A stretch of DNA of 64,000 bases from the NCBI GenBank assembly GCA_002269645.1, contig NIVC01003047.1, positions 18,129 through 82,128 on the forward strand, written 5' to 3'. This DNA is from Macrostomum lignano (lineage: Eukaryota). The notes under the pieces are model-generated. The model made no database searches. It saw only the letters and a program-made list of their open reading frames with translations, and was not told the DNA's origin. Position numbers and translations under genes: made by a program. Shown in pieces: positions 11,074 to 22,558 of this stretch (within the stretch, counting starts at the first letter, position 1; every line of letters starts with the position of its first letter).

Positions 11074-14000
11074 CTAACTGGTCTGGAGGCTGGCGGCGGC
11101 CTGGGCAGAAAGTTGCATCAGGCACCTGGACAGGTACTCAATGGGATCGCTGGGTCGCTTGTTGGCCACCTCCGTCAGGGCTGTCGTCAGGATGTCGTCT
11201 GGAGTGCCGGCACAATTTGCGATCAATAATGATTTTGGGTGTTTGCAGGGTGCGTATGGGGTCGGGTTTTGGTATATATGAATATTAATACCAGAATAAG
11301 AAAAAAATTATTGGTTCGATTGTTCAGGTTGAAGTTCTTGTATAGCTAGCTCTGATATACATGTGCAGTATAAGACAAAATGCAAATAGGACTCACTGAG
11401 TCGCCGTAGGTAGTCGGCATCGGTTGCGGTGGCGGCTTCACCGTCCGCAAGCTTGGCCGTGCCTACTGACTGGTCAGCAGTCAGCCGGGCCAGCGTGTCC
11501 TTTGCCGACGCGGATCCTGGCGGGATGCGGTACAGCTGGACCGGGTGGTAGCGCAGCAGGATGGCCATGTACTTGGCCGACGGCACCAGCAGCATGAAGG
11601 GCTCAGTCTCGAACAGATAATTGAACACCTGCTGGCCATCCGCTACCCGATAGGCCTGTAAAATATTTTTGTGCAGCTGAAGGCTAGGCTGAACGCGAAT
11701 CATTTAGCAATACAACTTTTACCATGTCTATACGATGAGGGCCAACCCCCAAGGCACCCAGAGTGTACATGCCTGACGATTAGAAAGTCTGGGTCGCTGT
11801 ACACCCTGCGTGTGTACGAGTGCGTGCCTGTGTACAGTACTGGCGCGCTTGTGTGCGCTCAGGTAAGCGGAATGGGCAGTAGAATTGCCTCACCGCTGCT
11901 TGTAGGACGATGTCGCCGAAGGCTTTGCGCAAGGGTGCCCGCAATCCTCCAGCGAATATTTATATATTTTAATGTACACCAAACTTACGGTTGAGGTTTA
12001 TTAAGGCATATCATTTCAATAGAATATTATTACGATTGGCTTTCCAAATCGATAACCCGGATCCAAATTCGATTGCTTCAGCGAAAAAAAACTCAGCGTA
12101 CCTGCACAGTTTTTGGTGGGTCAACAAACTCGTCCAGGCCGGAATTGTCCCCGGATGTGATTTTGATCCTGCGAGCTGGCTTGTACAGCTTGCCCACCAG
12201 CAGCTCGCTGTCCGGACTCAGCACCATCTCATACAGGATGATGGATTGGTCCGGCTTCAGATCTTTGACAAGCAGCCCTGTTTCAATGTTGAAGATCTTC
12301 AACCGATAGGTGACGCAGTGCATGCCATCGGGCAGAAGATAGAGCACCCCGGCGTCGAATGTTCGACTAAGCGACAGAGTCTTGTAGCTGGACGCATCGA
12401 CCACCATGAGGCGTCCCGGCCAGGCCATGCAGTTGCGCCGAAAGGCCTCGCGGTAAGTGTTCACTGAGCCGCTCATGAGCTGCAGCACCAGTTGTCCCGG
12501 CCTGCCAGGTCGCATATGAAGCAGCCGCGGCCTGCAGGTGTGCGAGCTCTCGATGACGACGCTGATGGACAAGTCGACGTCCAGCTCGTGGAGCAGCGAC
12601 TCCGCCGACATGTCCTCACCCAGGTAGGACTCGAGTTCGCGCAGGATCGCACCGTTCGACATGTGAAAAGCAACTGAAGCGCGGCAGCGGGCTGTCAGTG
12701 TTTCGATGAACTGCTGCAGTATTGGCAAGTACTGATAAACCTTTTCTTTGCCGCTATTCACCAGGTACTGACACACCTGCCTGGCCTCTGCGAAAACCTG
12801 CGCAATAAAATACTTGCGAGTGGAATCATGGAACTTAAAAAACGATGGTTCGGACTACCTTGTAATTTCACAGAACTGAAAAAATAACACCTATTTGTAG
12901 CAGTTTGCCACTGATCTACAGTTATATCGAAGCTCTTAAATAAATGTATGGACGCCCCTTATAAGTTTGCTGCATTGCAAAAAAATGCACTTTTCTCTCT
13001 TACCTGCAATGCGACCTCGCGCCGAGCCTGGCCAACAAACTCATCTCCAACAGTTGGTACAGGCCACGTTTTAATCCGCTGGACCTTCCGACCTAGCAGA
13101 TCCAGGCAGAGTAGATAGTCCGACAGGTCAGGTGACTCGGTTGACCGTCCGTCAAGCACGTCAGAAAGGCGGGGTGCCTGCAAATTGCCGGGGCCTCGAA
13201 CCAGAAGGTGCATTCGCGGTCCGTCTATTGCGGCGCTGACCGAAGGCGGTGTGGCCGGTAGCCAAGGCTGGTCACAGCCGTGCATGAAGTAGCCGACAGG
13301 GAAGGGGCGAACAGCAGGATGCGAGACAATGGCAAGGTGCAAGTCAGGATTCCCTAACAGATCCCTCAGGGTGCGCATTGAGCGACTGCGATCCTTTTCA
13401 GGTGGCAACTGCAGCGACTCCGGCACCTCAAAGCTGACGGGCGCCGTCGGTTGGGAAGCCAGGCGCATGACAAAAAGAAGATAGCGCGGAAGCAGTCGCA
13501 AAAACAGGCCGTGCTGCTGCAGATCCGGGAAGTTGCACAGCTGGTTGAGCTTAGAGTTCCAGGCCTCCTTAAATCGCGACATTGCGGCTAAAACTTCGGC
13601 ATCATATCCATCAACTTTGCCGTCCGGAAGAGGCTCGCGGAGCTTGGCATCTCTAGCGCCTGTGCCACCAAGGTCGGTGCAGTACATAACGCCTCCTTGA
13701 AGCCGCTTGTCGAAGTAGCCACTCCACAATGCCTGCTCGCGTGGGTCGAAAACAAAATCTGCTCGCCTCTCCTCTTTCTTTGTCACGAAATTGCTTTCGA
13801 ATTCGGACAGCTGGCCGGCCAGCTTGTTGAGGTTGAAAACCTTCAGCTGGACAGTAGACGCGTTGGCGCCGGCCTCTGGCATTGTGTTAATCACTAGATA
13901 GTCCGTGCCGTATGGCTGTCCCAGCATGATGTAGTCCGAAACGCCTCGCAAAGCCAGCAGAAAGCTGCCATCCTTGGCAGACCAGACGTTAAACGTAAAG

Positions 14001-17000
14001 TAGGCCTTGGCCTTCACCAGCAGCAGCGAGCCATCGTCGCTAATGTGCACCGGGCAATTCAGCACCGTGTGAATCTCTGCGTTTGTATCCAGTTCGTAAG
14101 ACTTGTCCAGCACACGATGATAAGCGACTGGAACCGTCTGTGGAAAATTATAATTTTATATGTTTTCAAATTTGTAAATACGCTTCTCAGTTAGCAATTA
14201 AACTCACCCGCGCAGCCTCCGGATACCACAAGAATCCAACACAGTCACCGAGCGGCTCCGACAGCATGACAACAGCAACAGAAGCCGTCCTCGATAGGCT
14301 AGTCATGAACGGCTTGTTGACGGCCGCCTCCAACTCCAGCTCGTGTCGAGCTCGACGCTCAACCTTGGGATCCAGATCAAATAGGTAGAAAGTGAACAGC
14401 GCACCTCCTGGACTCAAGGTCACCAAGAAGAGGCACTCTCCATCGTCAAAGAAACTGGTGTTCTCGCTGGTCAGCTCGTGGGCCGCCAGACCTTGCCCGG
14501 AGCAATCTAGTTCGGTTTCTTCGAATGTGTCCAGGTCCACCACCCTTGGCGTCAGTGGTTCGTCCGAAGTTTCTTCGCCCTCCGAGATGCGGTGGCCTAT
14601 GTAGAACAGGCACCGATCATTGATGAGGCTTTGCCCCAGCTGCATCGGCCAGGAGCGGAACAGGAAGTGGCGAAGCGGCTCCGATTTTAGCAAGCAATAC
14701 GTGATTGGCATAGTGGCGTAGAAAGTCTTTGCAAAGATCATGTGCCCCTCGGTGGCTTCCAAGCAGCCGCTGCCCGACTTGGCGAAGTACTGCAGCGGCA
14801 GCGAATCAGGCAGGCTAGGCATGAGAACCTTCCAGGCACCGGTGCGCATGTTTGCCCGCAACAGCTGGAACTGCCCGGGCGCAACCTCCTCGACTGTGCA
14901 GAAGCAGCCGCTTGTGGGCAGAACAGCCACGAATCGAATGTGCGATGCTGCAGGCCGCTCGGAAACCACAGTCTTTAGCTCGGACCCCTCATGGTCGTAC
15001 CAAGTGACGGTGTTGTTTTGCAGAGACACTGCGTATATCTTGCCATCTTCACACAGGTTGCCAATGGACAGGCGTACCTTCAGAATGAATTAAGTTGACA
15101 AGTTACATAGCCAGCGAGGTTTTCCCTCAAATGATATCTACGTGCGCCTTAAGATAGTGACGGCCTGACTTACCTGCACAGTGCAGTGCGTGTATCCACT
15201 ACCAGTGTCCAGGCAATTATTAACAGGCAGTAGCAGGGGACTGTCCTTCTTGCATGCCTCAAGCAGGTCGCTAATGCGTCTGGATCTAGCAGCGAATGGC
15301 TGCAAGCGGCCGCAGAGGTCCACAGGCAAACTCAGCGGACTGTGGCTCAGGCTGTACGCTGAGATGCGCAACGCGTTGTAGATCCGAGTGAGGTCGAGCT
15401 CATTCTGTTCACTGCCGCGCTCCTTCTTCTTGAGGTCGAAGAACAGATGCAAGTCCATTAGCAGCTGATGGCGCCGGCTGGAGGCCAACTTGGACTGCAG
15501 ATGATCCAGGTTAAAGGCAACGTGCTCGAGAAAGTCCACAACTCGGCCACTCCTGATGAAGTGCCTCGGTAGCTGGTTGATGCGGCGCAGGTTGTAGTAC
15601 GGCTTGTCACTCTCGACTCGAAGAACAAACGGCTGCGCTGGGACCTGCCTATCTGCGGCCATTGGCACGGGTAGGCCCTGTAGTAAATGAAATAGTTCGT
15701 CTTTACTAATTCTGTCTCACTATAAATAAACACAAAAATATTTTTGAGAATGTTTCCTACTCTGGTGATACTACGAGTAGTACGTTCGTACGGGGGTATT
15801 CTAAGTTATTTCTAGTCTAGTTATAGCTAAAATAAAGCTTTTGCATTACAAGTGAAACAAAGTTTAACATCGAAAAAGCTGAAAATTAACGAGGATTGAC
15901 ACAGCGCTCACATCTCGCTCCAATTTGGCCTTGACCCTTTCCGGACATTCAAACGGCTTCTCCCGACCGGCGGCCCACTCTCCAAAAAAGTAGTCGGCCA
16001 TTCGCGAATGAATAATCCTGTTGTGCTCTGGATCGCTGAGGTAGAGCTTTTGAGCCACCTCCCAGAATTGTCTGTGGTACCAGAATAGCACAGTGACACC
16101 GTCGGCTTCGCGCTCAACCAGGTAGTCGTCGATCTGTTGTCGAATGCGGGTCCAAGCCAACGGTGGCACGCGAATGAACGGCGGCAAGTGGTGCGTGAAC
16201 ACCTCTCGCAGGACGTCGTCATCTAGCGACAGGAGGTCCTCAATCTCTGCCTCGCTCAGACCGGTTCGGGATGCTGTCACGTAGGATAGCGCGTTTCGTA
16301 CAAGCACCTCGCCGTACCGAGTGCCAAGTTGGCTAAGCAACAGCCGAATCGCTCCTTCAACAGTCGGTTCCAGCACTGTTTTGTCTAGCGGGGTGTACGA
16401 ACTCCATCGTCGCGCCTGACGGAACACCAGGCCAATGTAGATAGGCAAAGAGCAGCTTGCAAATGCCGTTCGAAGCGCGTCCCACTGAGGCTCCGTAAGA
16501 CGGCGCTTTGACTTTTCCAGCCGCGCCCTGGTGATTTCCTCGCACAATGCTGGCTCCAGCGGTGGAACATCCATTACTCGGTCCGGTAGCAGCTGAAGAA
16601 AATTCTCCCTAATACCGTGCAGAGTTGGCAGGCAGCTTAGTATCATCTTGCAGCCTGGAGGCAGCTCGGACCTAAGCCAAGTGAGCTGGTAGGCGTAGTC
16701 GGAAGCATCAAGTTGATCGAGGGAGTCCAGCACAATGATAACACGGCGCGATTTTCCCAGCTGTTGCAGAAAATCGTAAAACGTGCTGACCAGCTCTTGG
16801 AAGCTGTCCATTCCTGCAACTTGCTGTGCCTCTGTAGAGCCAAGGAACACTGCTAACTGCTGACACAATTGCTTCACAGTCTGACGAATGCTGCTTGTGG
16901 AGGGACTGGTTCCCAAGAAGCGCAGCAATAGTAGAGCCGACGGCTGGTTATCCGGCGGTAGCCAAGAGCGAGCACTCTTGGCAGCCTTGGCCATGATGGA

Positions 17001-18998
17001 GGTCTTGCCGCAGCCGGAGCTGCCGCACAGCAGCAGCGGCTGCCTGGAGTCGCCCGTTGTGTAGTCGCGCAGCTGGTCAAGAAACTCCTTCCTGCCCTGA
17101 AAGTTGGTCACGTAGCGAACGCAGTGATGCGCGTGCTGCAAAACCTCGGCGTACAACGGGTCTGCTTGCAGCTCCGACCTGCGCTGTCTGAATGTGTCTA
17201 CGAGACGCCGGACCTGCGGGTGGGTTTTGGTAGGTTTTCATTGTTTATGGGATTAGAATGCCACAAGTTTATATTACTGGATAAGTAGATCAAACCCTCT
17301 TCTAACCGTTGAATCGTCAGCATATTTTCTCGGAATCCCCTATGGGAGCTATAGAGATCGAGATAGAGATAGAGAAATAGAGATCGGTAGAGAAATTTGA
17401 TTCAGCAACTAATCAAAGCCAAGTGTTTTACAGTCAGTACGATTTTGACTCATAACCATACACAAGCAAGGAATCGACTCATACCTGCGTCTCAAAGTCC
17501 TTAACTACGCTGTCCAGGTAATCAGCATGAACCTCGGGGCTGATACCTTTTGGAGGCTGCCATGTCAAAGAGTATTCCGTGACGCCTTTAGGCAGCAGGT
17601 CCCGCAGTCGCGATCGCAGTCCGTCCAACGCCTCGGCTGCCTCGGGATCGGCGAATCTTTGCGCCGCTTTGTCGCCCTCGTCGAGACGCTGCTGAATGTC
17701 AGTTATGTCGCGGAAGATGGCAAAGGCAAATGGCTTCAGCTCAGGATGGGCGTCCAGCACGCCCATTTGAATCTCTTGGTGCGTAATTGACGTACAGAAC
17801 CGGATAGCCCCGGCCGACGTCATTGAGCCTTTTGCAACCGCCGCATTTGCAGCGACCTTCAGCGCCTTCTGCAGCGCGGGACCATCGTGCGGCCAATCGG
17901 TCTGTTCGGCCTCGGACTCCAGTGGGCGCAGATTGTACACCGGCGGCCGGCCGTTCTCATCGCGCAGGTACCATCGATGCAGCAGGGCCAAGTCATCCGG
18001 CCTGTCGGACATGGCAGCCTCGAGTATGCCGGCCTCCTCCTCGGTGAGCCGGTTGGGCGCCTCTTTGCCGCCGTAGCGATGGCTCAGGATTGTCTATGGG
18101 GATCCCGGGGGTGTATTTTGCATCTGTTGCGCTAGTGCTAGCGCTAATCTAGACCATAGCTATTCCTTAAATTGGTCGCTCGGCCATTAGAGGGCAAAAA
18201 ATCGAAAATAAAAACTGTTGCGTTCGCAGTTAGGGAAATCATGAAATATCTGAGTGGACGGCAGGTACGAGCTATTAGACGTTTAAATTCGAACTCAACT
18301 TCGAGTACAAAGGCTGCATGGTTCGCACTTAGGAATTTCAGATGTATTGATACAACCTCGAAAATATGGAGCTATGCTAATCCTCACCATAAAATGCGGC
18401 CCACTAGAGAGGCGCTGACAGTTGAGAATCTCGTTGAAGCACATCTCCGAGGCCTTGTGATCGGAGGACGCCGCGTCCTGGATGCCCCAGCGCATGTCCA
18501 CGATCTGAAAGAATCCGTGGTCAAATTATTCTGCTTTGACTGTTTCAATAGGGAAAAAATAAATTCTTATGATTTCAATTACGCTTTTACCTGGAATTCT
18601 AGGCCATACTGATCACGGTAGAACTCCTTCATCTTGGAGTAAACAGTCTTCATCAGCGCGTTCCGTTCAACCGCCATGTCTGAAGAAAAGTTAAGAATGC
18701 GCTTTGGTCTTGGGTGCTCAAGATACATGATTACCCTCTCTACTCTGCCATTATAGATTCAATCACCTGAGAAAGTAGAGCTAATGAAAATTCTAATCGA
18801 TTTTGTGTCCTTCTTTGGCAGCTCATCCAAGTTGCCGCACAGCAAGCGCCGATAGAGATTCTCCCTGCTCTGCTCCTCGCTGATGAACATGGGCGCCATG
18901 ACCGCCGCGGCTTTAAATCGGCGAGCCGGATTGCCGTTGGGAGAACGCAGTTGAGGCGCCTTGGGGTTCGTTTTTGGAGGTCTCGCTAACCGCTTCAT
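11074..18998 (-). CDS. NWD1/NWD2-like NACHT (STAND) NTPase with an N-terminal DUF4062-like domain, a degenerate beta-propeller region and a C-terminal Dpy-30 motif, about 1978 aa. Exons: 18998-18767, 18679-18591, 18504-18388, 18093-17485, 17213-15912, 15677-15174, 15077-14208, 14137-13004, 12797-12102, 11655-11397, 11198-11074
   Basis: N-terminus IRIFISSTFSDMAVERNALM...YGLEFQIVDMRWGI; Walker A LLLCGSSGCGKTSIMAK; Walker B VIIVLDSLDQL; NWD-type winged-helix segment LSYVTASRTGLSEAEIEDLLSLDDDVL...LFWYHRQFWEVA. All 10 introns are GT-AG and the exons sum to 5937 nt in frame. Confidence 0.88.
11842..11970. repeat. Dispersed repeat of about 135 bp, copy 2, inside intron 9 of the NACHT gene
   Basis: Alignable by eye with 4694-4830. 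Confidence 0.75.
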
Positions 18999-20605
18999 AA
19001 TAGGTTTGGCAGTAAATAATTGTTATAATTATATCAACGATTAGGTGATGATTTCTCAGGCACGAATGTAACAAAATTATTGAAGAAAAAGAAAGTTTTC
19101 AAATAAGTTTCCACATGATTTGCGGAATTTGTCATCTTTTATGTAAAAAAGTAGAACTTCTCTTGGCTGCAAATATTTCTACATTTAAGATAAATTTTCA
19201 ACTTAATTCAATAAATATAAATAAAACCTAATGTACAGAAAAATGCTATTTAGAAAATAACCTAGGTCCAAAGTTAAGCAAAGTCTAGTAGTAGTAATAC
19301 AGAGTCTTATCTTGTCTGAAATGATTTTAATGTGCTATCTTGGTTAGGAAATATTTCAATAATTCATAAAAAAATTACCTAAATGTATCGAAAAGAAAAA
19401 AACAGAAATTTTTATGTAATTTTTTAGTGACAATGCAATTTTTAGTATTTATACAAAAATGCATGCATCGATTGTCTTTTAATTTCTTTTTCACTTACAC
19501 AATTATTCAAAGCAGTGCAAAATTCTAATGTAAAGAAAATTGCAGACTAAATTCAATAAGATTATTTCTCTCTAAGCCGTTAAACCTATTGTGGAGATGG
19601 GAATGGAAATGGAGATGCTTGATTCATTTAAAAATACGGCATAAATGCATATCGCGTGATATCGGTCTCGAACTATCGAATTAAAAAACTCGAATAGTAG
19701 CGAAATCAAGTTTGCTTCTAAAGGTAGACGCTTAGTTTGTATTGAGAAGAATTTTAGTGTAATCCTTAAATGGGTTTATATTTTTAACTTAATTTTACAA
19801 AGAGCAGAACAATAATATTTTGCTGCCAGGTGAAAACTTTTAAGGTTATCTTTGCTTTAATTGATAGAAAGAATTTACGACATACGAAATAAAAACTGTC
19901 TAACTTAAATGTCCATATACTGATTTTTATGGATAAGAATCACGTACTTTATTCAAATGCTTTGCTTACTAAATTAATTAAATAATTCCTTACGATTTTT
20001 TAGGACTGTTGCTCACAGCAAAAAAATTGTCCAGCACCTTTACTGCATGCATACACTCATACATCTAAGGTACATCCTTCTTAATTACTTTAATACTGTT
20101 GCATGTCCAGTCAGTATGTTCATGCTTTTTCATGTTATTACACTTACATGTGATTAAAAGGTTGTATGCAAGCAATTCGCCAATTATTATTGTTTTACAG
20201 TTTACCTTTTGGTTAGCAAAAATTTCTTTAAAGGACAAGGACATAACTTAAATAAGTTAATTACAGTGTGGAGAGGTAGTTTAGTTTTCCTTTATAAATG
20301 CACCTTGTCAATTTAATATGAGTATTTAATATGAGTTACTTCATTTGAAACTGTAATACATGTCTTGTCAAATTAATGTATACATGTAAATGAAGCTTTT
20401 TAGGCACGCATCCTGGCCCTTAGACCGATATATGTTAAGGGAAACAACAGAAAATTATCATTGCGTCTTCATCGAATTTAGAATGAATATATAAGCGTAT
20501 ATGTACATTGTGCATGCCGTTTTGCAAAACAAATTATTGCATTTTTACTAATGCGTGAAATCTAAAATTAACCCCTCGACTCGCATGCACTAGCAGCTAT
20601 TCTAG

Positions 20606-20938
20606 ACCAAACAACAGGCACGCGCGTATTACGCGCATAAAACGCGCGTTTTCGTTTGCGTTTTACGCGCATTTTTTATAAATTCAGTACGCGCGTAAGC
20701 GAACGCACAAAATACGCGCCTTTGGTAACACAGAAAATACGCAGCAATAACGCGATGCTGCAGACGGGTACAGGAACAGGACTAACCATACATGTATCTA
20801 TAGGTTTCACGGATTCGTTTATGCTTTGAGCAAAGTATCGCGTCTAAAACGCACTAAATATGCTCGTATAATAACGCGATATGTGTGTGACATTACGCTC
20901 TAAATATGCGCGTTTTACGCGCGTACCTGTTGCTTGGG
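20606..20938. mobile_element. MITE of about 330 bp with terminal inverted repeats of about 33 bp and ACGCGCGT-rich subterminal repeats
   Basis: The left end ccaaacaacaggcacgcgcgtattacgcgcata matches the reverse complement of the right end, cccaagcaacaggtacgcgcgtaaaacgcgcata. There is no ORF. Confidence 0.75.
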
Positions 20939-21751
20939 GAGGCTCAAGACCCATTGTGCTCTGTAGAAATGCTGCTGATAACTAACTGTGCATACGTGCG
21001 AGCTGCTGTAGAGGCCCCCCACCCGAACCTCACAATTAAATAGCTAGTAGATATCATAGTGCGAGGACAGCAGAGCTTTCTCTGCCTCTATATTTATACA
21101 TACCTACCTTCGAATTGTTCTTGTAAGACTTGTGCCAATCTATTTTGACTGGCTACGGGACAGCAATTAGCATTCACAATGTAACTGCTTAGTCTCTTTT
21201 GCATCACAGATGGATAGAGTTTATATAGCCAAGAAACTGTTTATTCCGCCCATCTTGCCCTAAAAACCAAGGCATACCCACAATAACGGCCAAAAAAGCT
21301 TGCACCGTAGCAGGTAAGTTTCGTTTTTGAGGCACACGTAATAATCGATAGAATGTATTGCGGCGACTTAATCTATCTACGCTCGCATTGTTGCTTTTTC
21401 TCTAATTTGAATATTGTCTGCGATTTGCACTTTTATAGTACATAGTTTTGCGGTAGATTTGGAAATTAAGATGGATTATTATCTCCATTTCCCTCATTAT
21501 CACTCTGGTCGTTTGAGTAGAGAGAAAGAGGTTTTCGATGGCACCACAAGGGTTACCTGAAAAGTTTTTGGACTCGACCATTTTAAGTTTTTTAAAAATC
21601 AAATTTAGTGATACTTTCATTCAAGAAAGTACATTCTTTCCTTTGTCATTTCGTAAGTTTTTAGCTTTTCAACTCAAATTTTATTGACTCTGAGAGCACC
21701 CTAAGTGCAGCATTGTCCAGAAGACACAGCCTGGCGTAATGACAAACTCAA

Positions 21752-21971
21752 CTGGCCATTATTTCAGCTTTAACAGACGTTTGAACCATAGACGATTAGT
21801 TAAAGTATTCATATATTAACTTATATCAGCTTATTCATTTATAGTCTATGGCCCAACAGCTTTTTTATTTATAGTCTATGGCCCAACCACCGCCCTCTTT
21901 ACGCAGTCGCACGCACGCAGACTCTTACCCTGAAATAATGACCGCCTCCGGCACGCTGAAATAATGGCCAG
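21752..21971. mobile_element. MITE-like element of about 220 bp bounded by a perfect 17-bp inverted repeat
   Basis: ctggccattatttcagc (21752) and gctgaaataatggccag (21955-21971), with an internal duplication of ttatagtctatggcccaac. Confidence 0.55.
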
Positions 21972-21994
21972 GCTGTGTCTTATAGACAATGACG

Positions 21995-22100
21995 TTGCGT
22001 AGTAGGTAAGGGGCTGAAATAATGGCCATAGACACTCGTGCGCTACGCGCTACGCGCACTCGTGTTTGGCCATTATTTCAGCCCCTTACCTACTACGCAA
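21995..22100. repeat. Perfect 34-bp inverted repeat (hairpin) with a 38-nt spacer
   Basis: ttgcgtagtaggtaaggggctgaaataatggcca (21995-22028) and tggccattatttcagccccttacctactacgcaa (22067-22100). Confidence 0.95.
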
Positions 22101-22558
22101 TCTACCATTACGTTTAGAGATGGGAGTACTTTGAGAAGATGTGAAGTTTTGGTGCGCTGCTGCCTGTCCTACAGTGGGTTCCTACCCAGAAGCCGTCGCG
22201 CTATGGTTAGCTGCTTGTACTTTTGGGATAAGTTTGCGACACCTTTTCTGGGTTCCAAGGTCGATTAGCTATCATCCCCAGCTCCTCAGTTCGATGCAAG
22301 ATCAGATTCTTCACATTTTCACTCTAGAATCTTTACTGAGACTTTTTCGGAAATTTAAATGCCAAACACGGTCGAGTCCGCATTGAATCTGATGTTGGGT
22401 TTCCTGTTCATAGTCAGCCAGGGGATTTCCCCATGGGTGGCTCTGCCGTTGAATGAATCCTCCGCAATTACACTATAGCAACAGTATTACTCTCCCCAAA
22501 CCTTGATTGAGCAGAAAAGCAGGTCTATCAAGTATCCAAGCCCATCAGGAGAGCACAG

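Noticed and set aside
11074-18998. Calling the NACHT gene TEP1 (telomerase/vault protein), which shares the DUF4062-NACHT-WD layout
   Set aside because: There is no N-terminal TROVE domain or TEP1 repeats; the DUF4062-like domain starts within about 70 aa of the N-terminus, as in NWD1/2.
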